Origin: Heterostelium pallidum
Taxonomy: Eukaryota
Assembly (NCBI RefSeq): GCF_000004825.1
Contig: NW_008805103.1
Span: 183,941-247,940, forward strand
Reading direction: 5' to 3'
Length of the DNA: 64,000 bases
Shown here: piece by piece, positions 10,571-23,897 of the stretch
How positions within the stretch are numbered: position 1 is the first letter of the stretch
Layout: each line of letters opens with the position of its first letter
Made by a program: the position numbers and the translations under genes
The notes under the pieces: generated by a model
The model's database searches: none
Seen by the model: the letters and a program-made list of their open reading frames with translations, nothing else
What the model was told of the DNA's origin: nothing

Positions 10571-11414
10571 TTCATCGGAATCAGGTAGTTCACCTATTAA
10601 CGTTAATTAATTTAATAAAAGATAAACCAAAGAATTCTGTTGTTAATAACTAACTAACAAACTAACTGAACTAACTAACTAAAACTTGATAACCTAATCG
10701 AATTAATCAAGAATTCTATTTACCTGATGTACAAGATAATCCTATGCCATTTGGTAATAAATTATCTAGAGTTGGTTCTAAATCTAATCTACCTGATAAT
10801 ACATTTAAACCGCTATTCAACTGTTTTTATAGATTATAATAATATGAATAAATATGTTTTTAAGAACTATCATAACTTCTACTACTTTATATGTATTTAA
10901 CATACCTGATCCCAAACACGACATAGACAACTGATAATCTCTTCGAAGCTCTGAACTTTGGTAGTGAGTGATTTTATCTTGTATTCTTTATCATTTATCT
11001 CTTGTTTTTGCTCTTCAACACGTATCTTCATTGCTCTATTCTGAAAGATCAATACATTTTGATCCTATCAATATTGTTATTGTCGTTTGTTATGATGATG
11101 ATGATAATGATGATGATCGAAAATGTGATTAATTAACAAAAAGTTAGTAAACAGTCAGCTCAAGTATTCATGAATAATCTTAATTCGCGCATGCGATTAA
11201 TTACCTTTATATCACCACCGATCAAACCGGAACTACTTGCACTCATGTTGGTACTGACTGCGAGCGGTGTGTTACCACCACTGCTGTTTGCGACGGCGTT
11301 GTTGTTGGAACTGCTCTCTGATAGTGCAGCTCTCTTGTTCGGTCTACCACCGCCACTACTCTCCTCTAGAGACGATGATTCTCGACGCTTCTTATCATCG
11401 CTAGTTTGATCCAT
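7770..11414 (-). CDS. bre1: E3 ubiquitin-protein ligase Bre1 (RNF20/40 orthologue), ~924 aa, 7 exons
   Basis: C-terminal C3HC4 RING exon (..LRCTICNDRQKNHVIAKCFHVFCKECIYSNIDTRKRRCPSCKRPFSESDVHQIYLT*) is near-identical in pattern to Bre1/RNF20 RING. The rest is long heptad/coiled-coil sequence. Minus-strand exons: 11414-11205, 11040-10906, 10820-10724, 10593-10267, 10123-9037, 8943-8202, 7946-7770. Donors are GTAATT/GTATGT/GTAAAT/GTATGA/GTAAGT and phases are consistent. Exon 4 contains a poly-Asn tract. Confidence 0.85.
10482..10572 (-). repeat. (AAT)n trinucleotide array encoding a ~30-residue poly-Asn tract inside Bre1 exon 4
   Basis: Plus strand reads (att)n with few interruptions. The plus-strand poly-Tyr ORF 10432-10653 is its antisense artefact. 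Confidence 0.9.
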
Positions 11415-11547
11415 TAATAACTAACTAAACTATGTCTATGAGTTCTTCTATCTATCTTTGTGTGTATGTGTTAGAACTTTAGTTGTTTTTATTGGTTTTT
11501 TTACTTTTTCTATTTGTTTTTTTTTTATAATTATTTCACACTAACAA

Positions 11548-11572
11548 AATGAATGAATGAATGAATGAATGA
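11548..11572. repeat. (AATG)6 microsatellite upstream of bre1
   Basis: Read directly. Shorter AATG runs also occur at ~6130 and ~28141. Confidence 0.9.
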
Positions 11573-12599
11573 CTAACAAAACTAATATATATTGTATTTG
11601 ATTACTACTCTACTTCTTCTAACTACTACTAATACTAAATGTTAGAAAAACAAAGATACATAATCAAAACTATTGACAATTAAACAACTAATGAAATGAA
11701 TGAGCGGATGAATGCTAATTGATTATAAATAAAAAAAGGTTGTGTTGTTGTTACTACTACTAATGTTTGATATTGATATTGTTGTTTTTATGACTATGAT
11801 GATGATGAATAAACACAACTTTAGCAACCAACTTTAAAGTTAACTCAGTCTTTTGAAATGAGACCAATTTGACTTTGCTAATTAGGTGGTGTAGTCTCTA
11901 ACAAGTCGTTTTAAAAATTTTTCAAATTTTCAAATTTTTTGTTTTATCAAAGCAGTCACACTTTCAAAAAAAAAAAAAATTCAAAATTAAAAAAATAAAC
12001 GTTACACTTTTTTTTTTTAACTTGTAACATTTCGAAAGCTCACTTTCAAAAAAAAAATTAAATAAATAGAGAATTAATAATAATAATAGAAACTGTTTAA
12101 TTGTAGAAAAACTATTTTTTATTATCCATTCGCCATTTGTACTGATATTATTATTATTTATTTTAATAATAGAGTAAAGACTGTTGTTGTTGTTGTTGTT
12201 GCTACTGCTGCTACTACGATTATTATTATGAGTATATTGCATCGTCTATTTGAAGGCTGAGATTTTTTGTTTTTTTTTTGTTTTTTTTGTTTTTCGTTAT
12301 TAAGATGAGTGAAGTGATGTGTTTTGGTGAAGTTATTTGAATATATATATACAATTCTATATTGTTATTGTTTTTATAATATTATTTATGATATTATATT
12401 GATTTATATTTTGATTGGTTTGTTGGAATATTTTGATTTAATGGTTGTTGGTCTAGTAGGGTAGGTCACACTATTAAATTTGAGCAATTGATTGGATGAT
12501 TGATTGATTGAATGAATAAAAGGAAAAAGGTTTGGTTGTTGATTCGATATGAGTTGGTATGGGAGAGTTGTTGGATGTTAAGAGGTTCTTTATGTTTGT

Positions 12600-13026
12600 T
12601 TAGAAACCGTGGATCTTAACATTGTTCTTTGGAACGATTTTCTCATCAATCAAGAATTGAGCTGCTTCTTTTCTGTGGTCACCTTGGAGTTGAATAACAT
12701 TACCAATGAGTTCGTTTTCATTGAGAATACTACCGTTGCAACAGTATGTCTTTTTGAAATATTTCAAAATCTTCTTGAAATCAATGTTCTTTGGAAGATT
12801 TTCGATAGTAGTCAAAGCCTTACGACCGCTTCTTTGGAAAATACGTATGTGAATATATTGTACACTTGAATCTCCTCCTAAACCGGAATCTTCAGCAAAG
12901 GGATCTGTTTGTTTACAAATTAAATAAATTAGATATATTAATAAATGACGACAACTTTATCAACTATAAATATTATACTATTGAATAATACATACCAGCA
13001 GAGCTAAGATTTTGAATTGAGCTCAT
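12600..13026 (-). CDS. eif1: Translation initiation factor eIF1 (SUI1), 2 exons, 111 aa
   Basis: Exon 1 13026-12996 (MSSIQNLSSA, donor GTATGT). Exon 2 12904-12600 after acceptor AAACAG. Spliced product MSSIQNLSSADPFAEDSGLGGDSSVQYIHIRIFQRSGRKALTTIENLPKNIDFKKILKYFKKTYCCNGSIL..VIQLQGDHRKEAAQFLIDEKIVPKNNVKIHGF* aligns residue-for-residue with eukaryotic eIF1/SUI1. Confidence 0.9.
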
Positions 13027-14925
13027 ACGTAAACGATTAGTAATTATAAACAACGGGTGGGTTGTGAGGTATAGAAAGCTTGGAAAGAAAAAAACCTTTG
13101 TTTGTTGTTGAAAAATAAATAAACTATAAATTTAATTAAATAATGAAGATCTTATTGTTAGTAAATGAAATACTAGTATTTTTTTTTTGATTGAATATCT
13201 AATATAAATAAATAGACAACTAACACTAAAGAATGATTAATGATTGATTATTGACAATAATAACACTTTATATTTTTCATTCTTTTTTTTTTCCTTTTAA
13301 CAAATTAGTTGTTTTTATCAAGTAGTAAAGTGAGAAATCTAAAAGATATCATATCTATGTGTTTGATTTGAAACCAGAAAGTTCATGACTTCACCACAAA
13401 AGATAAGGAATCTAATACTAATTCACATATTGAATTGTCTCTTGCTTTAACAAACACTTTTACTAGCTATCTAAAACAACATATTATTTTTTTATTATTT
13501 TAACTAAATAACTAACTAATTACTTTATGATTATTATTATTGTTGTCGTTGTTGTTACTATTGTTATTATTTTAGGTGAGATGAGCTGTTTCTATTTATA
13601 TTGTCTATTTATTTTTATTTTATTTTTAATGGAGTCACTTTACCTTTGTTTGAAAAATGAAAAAAATAAAATAAAATTAACTCATTTTAATACCTGTTTG
13701 AAAAATTGAAAAATGGAAAAAAAAAAACCAAATAAAATTAAATAAAATGAAAACTTCTCAACCTCCACCAATATTGAAAAACGTTACCCTAAATTTATCA
13801 ATCTGTTTCATTTCAGTTCATCTTAAAAGTTTTGATTGGCAAAATTAAAAGATTAAAAGATTCACAGATAATTAAGACAGAGAGGAACACAACCTGTTTA
13901 AACTAGTTTATTTAAATTTTAATCAATATAAATGGAATCAATAACAAATATAAGTTATTCAATAACTTTTTTTTTTTTTTTTTTTTCTTTTAATAATAAT
14001 ACTAAACAAATACAAAATAAACTTAAAAAATTAACTTTTCTAATTCCTTTTAAAATAATTAAAAGAACTTAATTATATTATTAATATAAATTCAATTTTA
14101 CTATTTTAAGAAATTCTAAAAAAAAAAAAAACAAATTTGTAGATCTATACTTTTGATATTATATTTAGAGTTTTCAAAAAAAATGAATCTAAAAGAACAG
14201 TTATGGAAACGATACATTTCAAGAGTTAATGGTATAAATTGAATCAAGTTAAAACTAAATCATTGCTATATATCAATATTTTAACAAATAATTAACTAAA
14301 TTATGAGAAACGCAACAAGAAATATGGTTTTTAAAACCAAAAAGACAATGCACAAAATCCATGTAAAGATAATGGGAACAAGGATTTATAAAAGAATAAA
14401 GTTTGGAAAAGAATAAGCCAACCAATATTAATATTAGGTAGGTAATATTGTTATGTTTTTGTTTGATTTTAAAACCTTTTATTAATAAACTTTTTATCTA
14501 AAATCTAACCATGGTTTTTAGAACTTTAAATATGTACATACTTTATTAAATCTTTCTAAAACAATATTTATTTAAATAAATCTAAATTATCTGTAATTCT
14601 TTTTGTTATTATTAAAATTAGAATAGACAAAAGGTTAACAAAAAAAAAAAAGTAATTTATTATTATTATTAAAATTTTAATAATAAGAGATATTAATGTA
14701 ATGCATTGTTGTTTTGTTACAAAAGATATTTAAATATCTTTTTTTTTTAATAGTTAATTAAAGAGTTCATTCGATTGGTTGGTATTCTAGATTATTGTTG
14801 TTGTAGTTGTTGTTGGAATACATTCGAATTGTTGTTGTATCTGGTACATATTATTATATATTTAAATAAATAATTTGAATCAAAACTATGTGTATGGTTG
14901 GTGACTTATTAAGTTGTTATTGTTG

Positions 14926-14960
<35 letters not shown>

Positions 14961-16195
14961 TTATGGAGTTATTGATAAGAACTTTTCTTTTGTTGCCCAA
15001 TAGCGATCGAAACGTGCTTTACCATACTCGAGATAGTCGAAATCGATCTCTGAGTTCATAGCCTGTACGATCGACCAGAATCCCCAGAACAAATGAGAGG
15101 AAAGTGAAAATTGGTTGGATTCTACAAAGAGTTGGTGAACTTGATCGTCGGATGGCTTCTCGCCTTTGTTGAGCACAGTCAGATACTCCTGGATGAAGAT
15201 GTTCTGTTGTTCCTCGGTGGGATAAAGCGAGTAGTCCGGACCGAAACCGGCATACTCATTAAAGTGGTTGCCAAGCTCGAAGCCTCTAAAGTTGTAGTTT
15301 GCATATTCGAAATCGATGAACGATGCTTTCTCTTCGCCATCGACAATGATGTTACGCGAGAGTAGATCGTTGTGACAAAAGACGATCGGTGAGTTCAGCT
15401 TGGCCAGTGTTTCCTCCAGCTGCTTAAACTCTTGTTTCATCTCTGGCACTCTCAGTGTCTTGTAATAGTCTTGACGTTTGGCATCTGGATATACTTCCGG
15501 TGCCAACGCTGCCCACTTCTTGATGGTGCTCCACACCGATGGTTGCTTACGAGTTGGCATCTCCAATGAATGCCATTCTCCGACTTCTCTTGCAATTAAT
15601 CTTTGTAATTTCGGTTCACTTAGATCTACAAAAGAAAGATTAGATTATAACAAAGTTAACTTCAATTCATCACTCTCAGAGTGTTGTTGATTAACATATA
15701 TTAAGTCTTACCTTGATGTTCCAATGGTCTGCCTGGAATGAAACCATAAATACAGCCATTATCGAATAGCCCATAGAATTTGGCACCCAAACCATTCAAA
15801 TCTGCTTCGGTCTGTACAACCAATTCATTCTTTCTGTCAATGATATCCTCTGATTTATATCCATAAAGTCTAATTACAACTGGCAAATCCTTTGCCTTTG
15901 GTTCAATCGATTTATCTTCAACTAAATATACTGTGTATAGTAGTAGTAGTAGTAGTAGTTTATTGATTAATATGACTATATACCTAGGAAATAAATAAAA
16001 AAAGATTCAAATATTGGTAATTCACTTACAAATATTGGTAATTCCACCATTTAATCTTGTGATTGATAGTTGATCGTCTGAAGAATCATGATATTCAGGT
16101 ACGAAATGACGAGCAATATCTCTCAATCCTTGATCTATATTATCCTTTTGTACAGTGTAATGGAATACATCATAGGTTGTCTTTGTCTTGATCAT
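14961..16195 (-). CDS. Choline/ethanolamine kinase, 3 exons (~347 aa)
   Basis: Exons 16195-16030 (MIKTKTTYDV..ITRLNGGITNI; GG(I/L)TN motif), 15921-15712 (FEDKSIEPKAKDLPVVIRLYG..), 15625-14961. Brenner motif IVFCHNDLLSRNII and choline-kinase motif region present. Donors GTAAGT/GTAAGA, acceptors ATATTTAG/TTTTGTAG, phases consistent. Confidence 0.85.
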
Positions 16196-18601
16196 TTTTG
16201 TTTTTATTTTATAAATGAATGTCTTAAATTGATTATATTAAAAAAAAAAGGTATTAGCAAACACTATTTTTTTTTAGTTTTTATTATTTAATAAGTAAAC
16301 AAAACAAATAATAAATATATATTACTTTTACAGAAATAATATTATTTGTAATATTTTTTGTAGTTATTTTATATATTTATGCAAACACAAATTATGAATT
16401 AGTTTGTTTTTATTTCGGGTGGTGTTATATGTGTATGTGGGGGTAACTTGTCAAATCTATTATCAAAACAAAAATAAAATAAAAAGAAATAAATAAATAA
16501 TTATATTACAGTTGATATATTATATATATTTATTGATGGCTTTTTGTTATAAGGAAAATAATATCTAACTTTTCCTTTGGTTAATCAGGAGTTTTATTGT
16601 TTTAATATTTTTAGAAATCGATTGAAATGGAAAATGGATAAATATTAAAACACAGTGTATGAAAAATAATAATTTAAAGATAGTTTTTTCTTTTTGTTTT
16701 ATGAATGTATTTCCATTTCTATTCTATTCTTTCTTTTTCTATTTCTTTCTTTCTTTCTTTCTTTATTTTTAAAGATATAATATATTATGTAGTTGGTAGT
16801 AGTGATTGACAACGGTTGCTACTGTTTTTGTTATTTTAATTTTTGATGTGTCGACGTATATATAGTGTGTATTTGGGAAATATATAATGTTTATGTGGGT
16901 GTGTTGTGTGTGGGAATATTATTATTAATAATATTGTTATTGTTGTTTATCACTTTGCGCTTGCTGCTGTTTTACTTTTTCTTTACTCTTTTCTTTACCT
17001 TTGTTTATTTAATTTAATTTATTATTTAATTTAAAAAAATTAATGTATTTATATAGTATTATTTGTAACTAACTTTTGTAATATTATAAAAAAATAATAA
17101 TAATAATAGTAATTGTTATATTATATCTCTTTGTTATTGTTTTGGATGTTTTTTTTTAAAATTTTTATTTTTAAATAATATTATTCAAAAAAATTGCAAA
17201 AAAAGTTTCGTTTGAAAGTTTTTTCAGGCAGCAACTTCTTTGTTTGGGGTTTTGAACTGAAAAAAAAAAATCTAATTTCAACCACACCACAATTGTGAGT
17301 GGGGCATTTGGAATTTCTATTTTCCCAGTCTGACAAGCAGTTTTTCAAAATATGTAATTAGTTTTATTTTTCTCATTTGCATAGGTGTTTAAGGTGAAAC
17401 CCCTTTCTTTTCATTAAAAATCGATTTTTCTTTCAATATTTGCAAGAGGCAAGGGTTTTGCACTGGTCTTACCAGTAATGGTGATATGTGATGATTAAAT
17501 ATAAATAAATATATCTTAAAAATTCACAAAATCTAAATTATTGATTTATTGATTTTTATTAATAATAAATTGAAAAAGTCATTTTAAAAATCAAATTAAA
17601 TTAGAGTAATCATGCAATAAATCAAAAATAAAAAAACATTAATTGTTTTCGGATTTAGATAAATTAGATAGATTGATTGATTTTACAAATTTACAACGAA
17701 ATTTCCTTCAACATTTAATTAAGATTTTTATTTATTTATTTTCTTCTATTAATTCTAATTGTATTTTTAGAATGACAACAAACAACATTTTTTAAGTTAA
17801 TTATTTTAGAAACTGTGTAGACAAGATTTTCTTCAATGCTTTTATAAATTTGTGATTCTATTACAACTTTCTCACCTTTCTCAATTTGGCATGGAAAACT
17901 CAAAGACATGATAATACAAAATCCAGGAATATAGTTATCAATATAATATTATCATTAAGTGTTACTCCTACTACACTACAGATATCTAGAAAAATTTAAT
18001 TAAAGAGGATTATTATTATTTTTTTTTAAAATAAATACCAATTAAAGTTGTAACCATGCCAGCACTTAACTGATAGAAATTATTGCAAAAGGAATCAGGA
18101 ATTATCACTATGATTCTAAAAATAAGATTTTCGAAATCCAAATCATATTTTTCCTTAAAAGATAGAATATGTAAATCGAAACTTGGAAGAGAACTCCATT
18201 CTTCTACATTCTCATAGATTGTTTTTATTTTCTTAATTTAATAAATTTTTTTTTTTTTTAAAGTTATTTATATTCTATCTTTTAAGGAAAAAAAAAGTAT
18301 TGTTATTCAAATAAAATTTATTTTTGTTTTCTTTCTCTGTTGTTGTTTCAATTTATTATTTAGTTAATTTGTCACAACCTGTTTCAATAGTATTTTTTTG
18401 AAAAAAAGTCTATGGCCGAGATGATCTGGAAAACAATAAAAATATTAAAAAAGAATAATTATAACTTTAATTATTTTGTTTAAAAAAAATCTCTAAAAAA
18501 GATGTAATTAATAAATAAATAATGTTGTTTTTTTTTCTTTGGTTTATTATAAAATATAAAATAAGATAGAAATACACTCTCTTTTTGTTTTCATATGATT
18601 A

Positions 18602-21510
18602 CTACTCTTTTCTATTTTCCCAGATAGAGGTTAGTTGTTTGACAGAGTCATGGTTGCGTGTTACTACACCATCGCTCATGAGCAGTGCACTCTGACCATG
18701 CAGATGAGAAAGTGTCGATGGAAGATAGTGATTATTTGATAAAGATTGTTTAGATGTTGTTGTTGTTGTCGATGATGATGATGACATTACAGTTGGTTTA
18801 ATTGTTGTTTTCAATGAGGATGACGATGAAGATGATGTTGTTGTTGTTGTTTTATGATGATGTGATGTGAATTGTGGAAGTGATGGTGATGTTACAGATC
18901 TCGATGATATATTCAAGGTCGGTCGCTTAAGGTAGGTAGGTGATTTCGATCTTGGTTCACCACCACCACCACCTGTATAGCTAGTCAAGTTCTTTGATGA
19001 TGTCGATATTGGTGTATTACTCTGTGGCATTGAGAAGTTCTTTGTATTATGATAGGTAACCTTGCTTTTACTACTATTATGATTGCTGTTACCACTTCCA
19101 CTCCCACTTCCACTGTTGATAGTACCAGTTCCGTGTTTACTCTTTATTGAATTCAATGTTGATCTTACACTTGGATTACTACTGTTATCAACGATATTAA
19201 CAGGTTTTTCTTTCTTTTGTTGTAGTTGTTGTTGACTAATATTACATAATGATTCTGTTGTTGATGTTGTTGTTACAGTATCTTGTTGTTGTTGTTGTTG
19301 TTCTTCAATCTTTGTATTTAAATCTAAAATAACTTTAAGTTCTTCTTCTTCAGCTTCTTCAATGGTGATCAACTCGGTTGTACCTTCTTTTGAGATCGAT
19401 AGTGTTACATCTGCTTGTTCTGCTACTGTCTCTAAGAGTAGTTGTTCATGTTCTTGTTTCTGTTGATCTTTCAATGCTTTAAATATGCTAAGTATCGAAG
19501 GAACATCAGATTGCTTATAGATATCACTAGCATTATCATTCGATAGACATCTCTGATTTCTAGTTAGATTGTTATTGTTATTATTATCACTATTATTATC
19601 ATTGTTGTTATTTGTTGTCACACTATTATCATTATCATTATCACTATCATCGGTTGAGTAATCTTCATCTACATCGCTACCAGTATGTCTAGAATGCCAA
19701 GAGATAGGTCTACTCTCCAACGATATCGATTTACTATTCTTTCTTGGGGCGACACCTTCTGACCTTGGTTTTTGCTGCTCGAACAACACCGACAATCTCA
19801 CCATTCTCGTATTCGATCTTCTTCTTCTTCTACTGGCAGTTCCACTTATTGACTTTACCAGTGGAATACCAACACTACCAGAAGTACTACTACTTGTACC
19901 AATAGTTTGTTGTTGTTGTTGTCGTTCATTGATGTTCTCTTCAGTTTCATCAACATTCTCAACAACAACAGCATCAGTAGTAGTTGTATTAGTAGCAGCG
20001 GCAGCAGCAGGTACATCTACACCAAATATAATCTCATAGTCATCGATTAACTTGGTTACGACATCGATACATGAACAATCGAAAGAATGTATTAGCGATG
20101 GTGCAAAGCATACTGCGAGATTGTAGGAACCCATCTTATTGAACTCCTCATTCAGCGACACAGCATGTAGCAACTCGAATAGATATCTTAATATCAGATA
20201 TTGTCCTTTACTAAGTTCTATCTTTAACAAATCCTTTAGTTGTCCACTTATCTCTTGTTGATTATCTAGATTTGATTCTAATTAGTTTTAAACTAATATG
20301 TTAGTTTCTGTCTGTTCGACAACAACAATGAAATCAAAGTGCAAATAATATAATAAGTAATCTTACCATATAACTCAGATATATGTTTATGTAGATTATA
20401 TGGGAAGATAGGTGATGATCTCTCCCTTAGATACTGTTTTAGCAATCCACCGACGTTGTGTGGTTCTTTGTAGTCTGAAAGATCAACTTCATCGGTCGAT
20501 GCCATCGCATGTTTCAAACGCTGTAACTCCATTGTATTGGCAGACTCTCTAAACAAACCTGGTACTTTCAATGCCTTCTCAAAGAGATATTCAATCGATA
20601 GTTTAATTGTTTTTGGAATATCCGTATAATCTTCAGTTGACTATATATATATATATATATTATAATTAATAACAATTTAATTAATTAAGTAAGTAATATA
20701 ATAAAAAAATGTTAAAACTTAACTTACGGATTCAATTGTTTCAATGAATCTTGATTTTCTTTGTGAACCATATAGATTATTATTATTATTGTTGTTATTA
20801 TTATTGTTGTTATTGTTTAATAGGTTATTCAAGTTTGATGAACTTGTTGATGATGATGTTTGTGTACCTAGGAGTGTTGGTTGTGTTATTTCGTTGAATG
20901 GTATCTTTTGTAGTTGTGTTGTGTATTGTTGGGTGAGTCCCGATTTCAGAGACATCTCTGCAATCTCTTTCTTTAGTTTATTGTTTACTTTTACACGACG
21001 GATGGCAGCTGCGAATCTCGATGGTTTCTTGTTGTTCTTAGAGTTACCACCGTTCTGCTGTTGTAAGTTGTTGTTGTTTGGTGATGAATCAGCACTCTTT
21101 GACAATGGAATATCTGCACCGTCCGACTCATCGTTGGATCTCGGTGAATTCGGTGGTGATCTCGCCGGCGAACCAGAGTAATCACTTCCATAGCTATTAT
21201 TTAAACTTGGTGATGATGATATTAATTCCTTTCTATTATTAAAACTGTTATTAATATTATTACTATTGTTATTGTTATTTCCTGAAATATTATTATTTTC
21301 TTCTTTTGATTTTGGTGAGTTTTGTTGCTGCTGTTGTTGCTGATATAGTAATTTTAAATTGGGGGTACTATTTGAGTGAAGATGAAAAATATTGAATTTC
21401 TTTTTCGATTGTGCGCGCTGATATTGTGGTGGTGTTGTATTTCCATTTTCATTTCCATTTCCACTAACACCACTTCCGGATCCAGTGGAAGAAGATAAAT
21501 TATCAATCAT
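18602..21510 (-). CDS. Rho GTPase-activating protein (RhoGAP domain) with long S/N/T/Q-rich low-complexity arms, 3 exons (~910 aa)
   Basis: Exons 21510-20728, 20640-20367, 20277-18602. RhoGAP core spans exons 2-3: ..IPKTIKLSIEYLFEKALKVPGLFRESANTMELQRLKHA..HNVGGLLKQYLRERSSPIFPYNL..LSKGQYLILRYLFELLHAVSLNEEFNKMGSYNLAVCFAPSLI. Donors GTAAGT/GTAAGA. Confidence 0.8.
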
Positions 21511-23275
21511 CTCTTAAAATTAATTATTGTTACAATTTCAATTCAATTCCAGTTCCAAGTATGACACTCTGACTAACTAAATAATAAATAAATAGATATA
21601 AAGTAAATATTACAAGATCTTGTTTGATTTTAAAGTCTACATTGAAATAAAAGGAAAAAAAAAGATTAAAGAGGAGAAAGAGACAGATGATTAGATATTT
21701 CAATTCCTTGTATGTATGTTTGTTTAGTAATATGTATTTGAAGATTGATTTAATTAAAGTTTAAGTTTAAAACAATTGATTTGATTTGATTTTCATTTGT
21801 TTTGATTGGAGAGAGTGAAATCAGAAGGGGTAATTTGTGGGTTGCGCGAAATTTATTGATTTGTGAAGGTGGTACTCCTTTACTGGTGCTCTCTATTCAT
21901 GATGAGGCTTTGTGGGTCTTGTGTGAAAAGAGGGTCCACAACACACAATCAATAAAAAAAAAAATTCAAACTTGTGGAAATTTTATTAAAAATGGAAAAG
22001 ATTGGGTTCTTCATAAATAAAAAGTTTGTTTTTTTTGACTGTGATTTTCAAATAATCTTAGTTTTTGCAGGTCAAGCAAATTGAAATCTGTTCCATCTAT
22101 GTCGTGTCTCAAGACAAGAATAATTTCATTGAAACAATTTAATTGATTGAAATGTCTTTTGAAAAATTAAAAAAATAAGAAAATAAAACAGTAAAAACTA
22201 AACTATTTATAATATATTACATATGATTTTAAAAACTTACAAATTAATTGTTTATATGTATATTTTTTAGTTGTTGTTAATGACAATTAAACAAATGTTA
22301 CCTATTCTACTAGAAATCTTTCTTTTTAATAATTTGCTTTTAAATATTAAAAAATACCAATAACAATTCAAAAACAAATAAATGATAAAATAGTTCTATT
22401 GTTCCTGTTGTTGATTTTTCATATGAATCGAATCGAATGAATAAGAATTCTTAAAGTGTAAACCAGTTTACTGCTGATTCGAATTGATTTGATTTGATTT
22501 GGTTTGATTGATTTATAAATAAATGTATCAATAATTTTAATTTACACAAATTTAAATAACTATTGAAAAATATATATTTTTTATATATTTTAAAAATTAT
22601 TGATTGATAGTTTGATATTAATATCATGGAAGTATTTGTTTACTATTATAGTATATATTAAAAAAATATTATAACACACAAACAAACAAACACACAATAC
22701 AAAAAAGCTACAAACCCCCTCTTCAGTCAAACCAAATCAAAACCAAAAAAAAAAATAATAACAACAAAATCAATCATACAGTCTATTTATCGAATCAATC
22801 AAAAAAAAAAAAATGAATAACACATCCATCTTCTATATATCTCTCTCTTTTACCCATTGATTGTATACAATATAATTGGTAGAAAAAAAAAAAAAACATT
22901 CCACAATCAATCACATGATTGATATGAATGTACAACATTTTTGTATATAATATAGATATTAGATTAGGTCAGGTTGTTTTGTCCTCATACATTAATCCAT
23001 CAATCAAACACAAACACAAACAATAAAAACAATCATATCATTAAAAAAGAAGAGTTTGTGGAAATTGTGGTTAATTTAACATGCTGTCAAAGAAATCAAC
23101 AATAAACAGAGAGACACCACAACACGACAATAATAATAACAATAATAGTCTACACTTTTGATTTATCGAAAATAATGTTTTATTAGCAATAATCAACGTC
23201 AATTTACAAAGAATAGTACAAAAACTGTCAATGACATTAGTTAGTTAGTTCAATAAGTATTGTCGTTGTCGCTGT

Positions 23276-23277
23276 AG

Positions 23278-23316
<39 letters not shown>
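23276..23316. repeat. (GTT)13 microsatellite in intergenic DNA
   Basis: Read directly. Confidence 0.9.
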
Positions 23317-23897
23317 GTTTAATTATTTTTTTTGTCAATGATAAAGTTATAATAAATAGATAGGGTTGTTGAGGTGTTGTCAACTGATGTGTTATTTAAA
23401 ATTTTAATCAAAATCGAATCAAACTAAAATGTATATTTAATAATAATTAACAAAGTTCGTTAAAAGAGAAATTAAATAAAAGTAAAAAGTAACTTTACTT
23501 TTACACTCATTCACTTCACAATTATATCAGTATTGATTGATCTTATAGCTATTTTTAGAACAATACATTTATTGATTGCCGACCTGTTGTTGGTTATATA
23601 TATATACTTATATTATAACCAAAAATAACTATTCATTATATCACAACAACAACAGTGATGATGATGATATTCTCATTTCGAAAATAAATAAATAATGACT
23701 GTTGCCATAGTCATGTTTATATTTATTTATATACGTCTATATTTTAAAAATAGGAGGTAATAACATATTTGATGATCGGTTTGTGATTTTAGTTACTTTG
23801 TAAAATGAAATATAAAGAAGAAAGGGATTGTTAAGTTAACATATACATATGTATATTGTTATATATTATTATTATCTACAATGATGATCTTATCGGA

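Noticed and set aside
10432-10653. Plus-strand ORF encoding poly-Tyr (MLRNYMIRQNDYNHYYYYYF...)
   Set aside because: It is the antisense of the (AAT)n poly-Asn tract inside bre1 exon 4. Low-complexity artefact.
20744-21191. ORFs 20744-21181(+) and 20991-21191(-) (poly-Leu / Arg-His-rich)
   Set aside because: Alternate-frame or antisense reading of the N/Q/S-rich low-complexity exon 1 of the RhoGAP gene.
21802-22020. 72-aa ORF (MIGESEIRRGNLWVARNLLICEGG...) in the spacer between RhoGAP and cdk10
   Set aside because: Isolated, no motif, AT-rich flanks with no splice context. Could be 5' UTR of the RhoGAP gene. Not reportable as CDS.
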